Assembly: GCA_043797085.1 (NCBI GenBank)
Contig: JAZDQA010000010.1
Location: forward strand, 1 to 64,000
Source: Pseudomonadota bacterium
GTDB lineage: Bacteria; Campylobacterota; Campylobacteria; Campylobacterales; Sulfurimonadaceae
Length of the DNA: 64,000 bases
Direction of reading: 5' to 3'
The notes below the pieces were generated by a model. The model had not been told where the DNA came from. It did not search any database and saw only the letters and a program-made list of their open reading frames with translations. The position numbers and the translations under genes were made by a program. How positions within the stretch are numbered: the first letter of the stretch is position 1; each line of letters starts with the position of its first letter. Shown here one piece after another: positions 60,183-64,000 of the stretch.

Positions 60183-60722
60183 TCAATTGGCAATTACGAC
60201 CATTGCATCGCGCAATGTACGTTCTTTATATCGAAAACCTTTTTGAAAAGTATTGACGATCTCACCGCTTTCGTGATCAGGACTGTCAACTTTTGAAACG
60301 GCATTGTGAACGTCCGGATTAAACGGCTCGCTCTCATCGACTGCAGTAACACCATGCTTTTCGAGAACACTAAGAAGTTGCTTCATAGTTAACTCAACAC
60401 CCTCTTTGAGCTTTTCAAGCAACACGTTTGCATCTGCTTCACTGCTCGTAGCGCCGATTGCCATTGAAAGCGAATCAACTACCGGGATTAAATCTTTGGC
60501 AAATTTTTCGTTTGCATACTCAAGAGCACTGTATTTTTCACGTTCAAGACGCTTTTTGATATTATCAAAATCAGCATGCACACGTGCATATTTGTCATGT
60601 AACGATGCCAATTGAGCTTGAGCGGTTTCCAATTCATTCATTGGTTCAGCAACGCTTACTTCATCTTCATTTATGACGACTTGCTCTTCACTAACCAATT
60701 CTTCATTTATTTCTGTAGACAT
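60183..60722 (-). CDS. grpE: Nucleotide exchange factor GrpE
   Basis: ADFDN..KR, FNPDVHNA, QKGF...ERTLR.AMV. Confidence 0.96.
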   Translation of the reverse strand: MSTEINEELVSEEQVVINEDEVSVAEPMNELETAQAQLASLHDKYARVHADFDNIKKRLEREKYSALEYANEKFAKDLIPVVDSLSMAIGATSSEADANVLLEKLKEGVELTMKQLLSVLEKHGVTAVDESEPFNPDVHNAVSKVDSPDHESGEIVNTFQKGFRYKERTLRDAMVVIAN

Positions 60723-60766
60723 AATATTTTAAGCTCCTTTGTTGAAATCCAGCGTAATTATAAACC

Positions 60767-60836
60767 ATTGAGCCCATCATTGTCAAGAGGTATATGATAT
60801 TTTTTACTAAGAATAGTTTAGTCTATTGTTATCAAG
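60767..60836. promoter_or_regulatory. Two HAIR-like (HspR) operator sites upstream of grpE-dnaK
   Basis: ATTGAGC-N7-TGTCAAG (60767-60787) and GTTTAGT-N7-TATCAAG (60816-60836) versus CTTGAGT-N7-ACTCAAG. Confidence 0.6.
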
Positions 60837-60884
60837 TCTAAAATCACTCTTCTTAATGATATAATAATAGAAAAAGAACAACAA

Positions 60885-62291
60885 ATGGATATTTCACTGA
60901 AACGTTTTTTAAGTACTATTGCTCTTTTACTTTTTGCTGCATACCTTTATTTTACTCCGCCCCCTTTCGGAATTACCCAGCAAGCATGGATTTTATTTAC
61001 CATCTTTATTTCTACCATCTTGGCGATTTTATTTAACCTTCTTCCCATCATCACTGCCTCTATTATTGCTCTCTCTATCAGTGTCCTCTCAGGTGTTATA
61101 GAACCCGCTAAAGCATACGCAGGATTCTCAGAGAGTTTTATTCTTCTTATCGTTGCCGCTTTTTTGGTCTCCCATGCCGTCCATAAATCGGGATTGGGCA
61201 AACGGCTCTCTCTCCACATCATCCGACGCTTCGGTCACTCGACACTGGGACTGGGATACAGCGTTATCGCCACTGATGTATTCCTAGCTCCTGCATTTCC
61301 CAGTAACACTGCCCGCTCAGGAGTTCTCTATCCTATCGTCTATGGTCTCGCGCACGATTGCGATTCCAAAGTGGGGAACAACACACAACGACGTGCAGGA
61401 AGTTATCTCATGATGACATCGATGGCAGGGCTTACAATCTCCTCAGGGCTTTGGCTCACTGCCATGGCAGTCAATCCTATCGGTGTTGGAATTGCGGCTA
61501 CTATGGGGATACATATCACCTTTCTCTCATGGCTTCTTTTTGCACTGGTTCCAACCCTAACAGCTTTTGCTCTCATTCCCTGGGTACTGTATCGCATCTA
61601 TCCGCCTGAACTTCGTGACACTCCCGATGCACCAAAGATGGCGAAAGATGCCCTCATTACTATGGGACGCATAAGCCGTAATGAGTGGATTACGGGAACG
61701 GTATTTTTGGGAATGCTGATTTTGTGGTCCCTTTCGGGCATCTTTTCCATTGACAAAACCGCCGTTGCCTTCGGAGGGCTCGGGATACTGATGGCAACGC
61801 GCGTGTTTGGGATAGAGGATTTTAAAGCACAAGGCGAAGCACTCAGTACCCTGATTTGGTTTGCCATCCTCTTTGCTTTGAGCACACAATTGGCTCAACA
61901 AGGATTTATGAGTGCCGTAGCGAACCATTTTACCCTCTATTTGACAGGGCTTTCATGGATGGCAGTCTATCTTTTACTCATCGTCCTCTATGTACTGATA
62001 CATTACCTTTTCGTCTCCCAAAGTGCTCATTTACTCGCTTTATTTGGAATTTTTCTTTCTGTGGGTCTTGCGGCAGGAGTTCCCGGAGAGTTAATGACAA
62101 TGATGTTATTATTTGCTACGAATTTCAACGCGACCATAACTCCGCAAGGTTCATCGAGTAATGCCATTTATCTGAGTTCCGGCTACATTACCGCGCGTGA
62201 GATTTATATTTATGGGGGAGCTGTTACACTGCTCAACCTCATCATCTTTTTAGGAATAGGAACACCGTGGATACTGTTAATCAGCCGTTAA
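60885..62291 (+). CDS. DASS family di/tricarboxylate or anion transporter
   Basis: SGLGKR, PSNTARSG, LWLTAMA.N, HY.F.S..AH. Confidence 0.9.
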   Translation: MDISLKRFLSTIALLLFAAYLYFTPPPFGITQQAWILFTIFISTILAILFNLLPIITASIIALSISVLSGVIEPAKAYAGFSESFILLIVAAFLVSHAVHKSGLGKRLSLHIIRRFGHSTLGLGYSVIATDVFLAPAFPSNTARSGVLYPIVYGLAHDCDSKVGNNTQRRAGSYLMMTSMAGLTISSGLWLTAMAVNPIGVGIAATMGIHITFLSWLLFALVPTLTAFALIPWVLYRIYPPELRDTPDAPKMAKDALITMGRISRNEWITGTVFLGMLILWSLSGIFSIDKTAVAFGGLGILMATRVFGIEDFKAQGEALSTLIWFAILFALSTQLAQQGFMSAVANHFTLYLTGLSWMAVYLLLIVLYVLIHYLFVSQSAHLLALFGIFLSVGLAAGVPGELMTMMLLFATNFNATITPQGSSSNAIYLSSGYITAREIYIYGGAVTLLNLIIFLGIGTPWILLISR

Positions 62292-63562
62292 GTGAACCTG
62301 CACACTCGGATAAAATTCGTGTTATAACCCTTGTGATACTCATCATCACAGCACTCATTTTAATCATTTCTACCCTCTTGTTCACCCCATGGGGAAATCG
62401 TCAAATCGCCCCTATCATTCAAAAACAGATTGAATCAGTATTAGGACAACCCGTTACCCTCACTGCGTTTAAACTGACACTCACTCATTTTGAACTTGGA
62501 CTAAGCGATAAAACAAACAACCGTGCTCACATCGAAGGAAGTTACGTTTTACTTCCCCCTTATATCGATGCCCGCTATGATGCCAATCTTTCTACCTCAG
62601 AAGGAATGAATATCGCAAAATTTCCGATTGAACTCTCAGGTATGCTCAAAGGTTCCTACGCGTATCTCGATCTTAATGGAACCGCTCATCTCTTCTCAGG
62701 AGATATGACGTTTAATTCAACACTTCTTATGATGAAACCTAATACTCTAACCCTCGCATTGCATAATATTCACTATCAGGAACTTATGGATGCTCTCGAA
62801 TATCCCCATGAAAGTGATACCCTTGTAAATGGAAATTTGCAAGTGAGCGGAATGCTACGCCGTGATATTAACGCAACGGGAAAAGTCATCGCCACAACGC
62901 ACCGCTTTAAACCTTCCCCGATTATGGAAGAGGATAATGAAAGTTTTGATTTTTGGTCACTGCTTGCAGATAAAAACGGGAAAATCCAACCATTTAAAAT
63001 CAATGCCAATATCAAAGCTCACGTCGATGAGTTAGGGATCTTAGAACAATTTGTCTACTATCCGCTTCGAACAAGAGCCTCAGGGATTGCTACACTGGAG
63101 GGTTCACAGCAGCAGCTGATATTAAACGCCCATGCCAAAGCCGTAAAAGGAGACGTAGATACCCGATTAACTCTACATCAATTGCGTCCTAGCAAACTGC
63201 AACTGGATGTCAAACACGCCGATATTCCATCACTTTTCACCCTATTGGCACTCCCCTCTCCCGTAACCGGAACACTGAATGCCTCAGTCAATTCGGATTT
63301 TTCCAACTCAACACTCTCTTTGGCGATTCAAAAAGCTCGAACCAATCCTAGTATTCTCACGCGTGATTACGGCATTACTCAGCCCGATATTACGTTTGAT
63401 TCCAAGGTAAAAGTAATACTATCCCCTAAAGAACGCCATTATTCTGGAACTTTTACCTCAGATTTGCAATCACTCAAGATCGATGGATCAGTGGAACACG
63501 ACCAAATGCTTCAAGAACTCTTACGTCAAATCAATCAAAACAGACCAAAAGGGGAATTTTAA
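62267..63562 (+). CDS. Hypothetical membrane-anchored beta-rich protein (AsmA/TamB-like?)
   Basis: N-terminal TM then FTPWGN and repeated beta-strand patterns. Confidence 0.55.
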   Translation: MDTVNQPLSEPAHSDKIRVITLVILIITALILIISTLLFTPWGNRQIAPIIQKQIESVLGQPVTLTAFKLTLTHFELGLSDKTNNRAHIEGSYVLLPPYIDARYDANLSTSEGMNIAKFPIELSGMLKGSYAYLDLNGTAHLFSGDMTFNSTLLMMKPNTLTLALHNIHYQELMDALEYPHESDTLVNGNLQVSGMLRRDINATGKVIATTHRFKPSPIMEEDNESFDFWSLLADKNGKIQPFKINANIKAHVDELGILEQFVYYPLRTRASGIATLEGSQQQLILNAHAKAVKGDVDTRLTLHQLRPSKLQLDVKHADIPSLFTLLALPSPVTGTLNASVNSDFSNSTLSLAIQKARTNPSILTRDYGITQPDITFDSKVKVILSPKERHYSGTFTSDLQSLKIDGSVEHDQMLQELLRQINQNRPKGEF

Positions 63563-63584
63563 CCCCTCTGCCTATAATCACCGA

Positions 63585-64000
63585 ATGAAAAACATACCCA
63601 CCATCCTCACTTATCACGATTCTACCAAACACCGTCCCTCTCGTTATGCTGCGAGCCTAGGCTATATGGACTGGGCAACCCAACCTGACCCTTTTCGCCG
63701 TTATGAAGAAGCTCCTCTCATTGCCCTTTCACACGTAGATGCTACACCGCCGTATCATCTTCTTTTTGAACCGGATGCACTTCCAACCGCACCGCTATGC
63801 CTTGAATCGCTTTCTCAGCTCTTGCGATATTCACTGGGACTGGCGGCGATTAAAAGCCAAGGAGGTTCTTCGTGGGCGCTTCGATGTAATGCCAGCAGCG
63901 GGAATCTTCAACCTACGGAGTGTTATGTTATTGCACCTGCGATTGAGGGGATCAGCTCTCATAGCACTCTTAGCCATTATGCCCCGCGTGAGCATGCGCT
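63585..64000 (+). CDS. SagB/nitroreductase-family protein (truncated by window end)
   Basis: Translated by hand: YHDSTKH...GYMDWATQPDPFRRY...WALRCNASSGNLQPTECY. Confidence 0.85.
   Translation, partial: MKNIPTILTYHDSTKHRPSRYAASLGYMDWATQPDPFRRYEEAPLIALSHVDATPPYHLLFEPDALPTAPLCLESLSQLLRYSLGLAAIKSQGGSSWALRCNASSGNLQPTECYVIAPAIEGISSHSTLSHYAPREHA

Overview
Gene content and order (hsrA-type regulator, purC-purS-purQ, desulforubrerythrin, OprD-type porin) suggest a chromosome segment from a free-living Campylobacterota bacterium, probably Sulfuricurvum/Sulfurimonas-like; this taxonomy is an inference. Most of the window is housekeeping: flhB, nadA/nadC, plsY-folB, hsrA plus kinase, ppx, bamA, tyrA, a MoxR/Bat operon, tRNA-Lys and tRNA-Glu, Ktr/Trk, metal and iron homeostasis genes, ABC-F, ctpA-purCSQ-plsC-crcB, proA and grpE-dnaK. 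No CRISPR array, rRNA, transposase or integrase was seen. The most unusual feature is a ~1.5 kb AT-rich insert between nadC and nadA. It is built from two units, each with a 35-bp palindromic direct repeat, a plus-strand promoter, a compact structured RNA-like element and a convergent ORF. In the first unit the ORF is a stand-alone PBECR/BECR-like RNase and the RNA has a predicted loop-loop pseudoknot, making it a candidate RNA-antitoxin (type III-like) toxin-antitoxin module. Other notable items: a secreted polymorphic-toxin-like domain fused to Excalibur inside the Bat operon; a Fur-boxed porin/FMN-protein/ApbE flavinylation cluster with a frameshifted porin; a structured intergenic repeat that duplicated the flhB start; an apparent ACG start for the Ktr membrane subunit; and duplicated degenerate signalling proteins. 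All family calls come from motif recognition by eye, not database searches.
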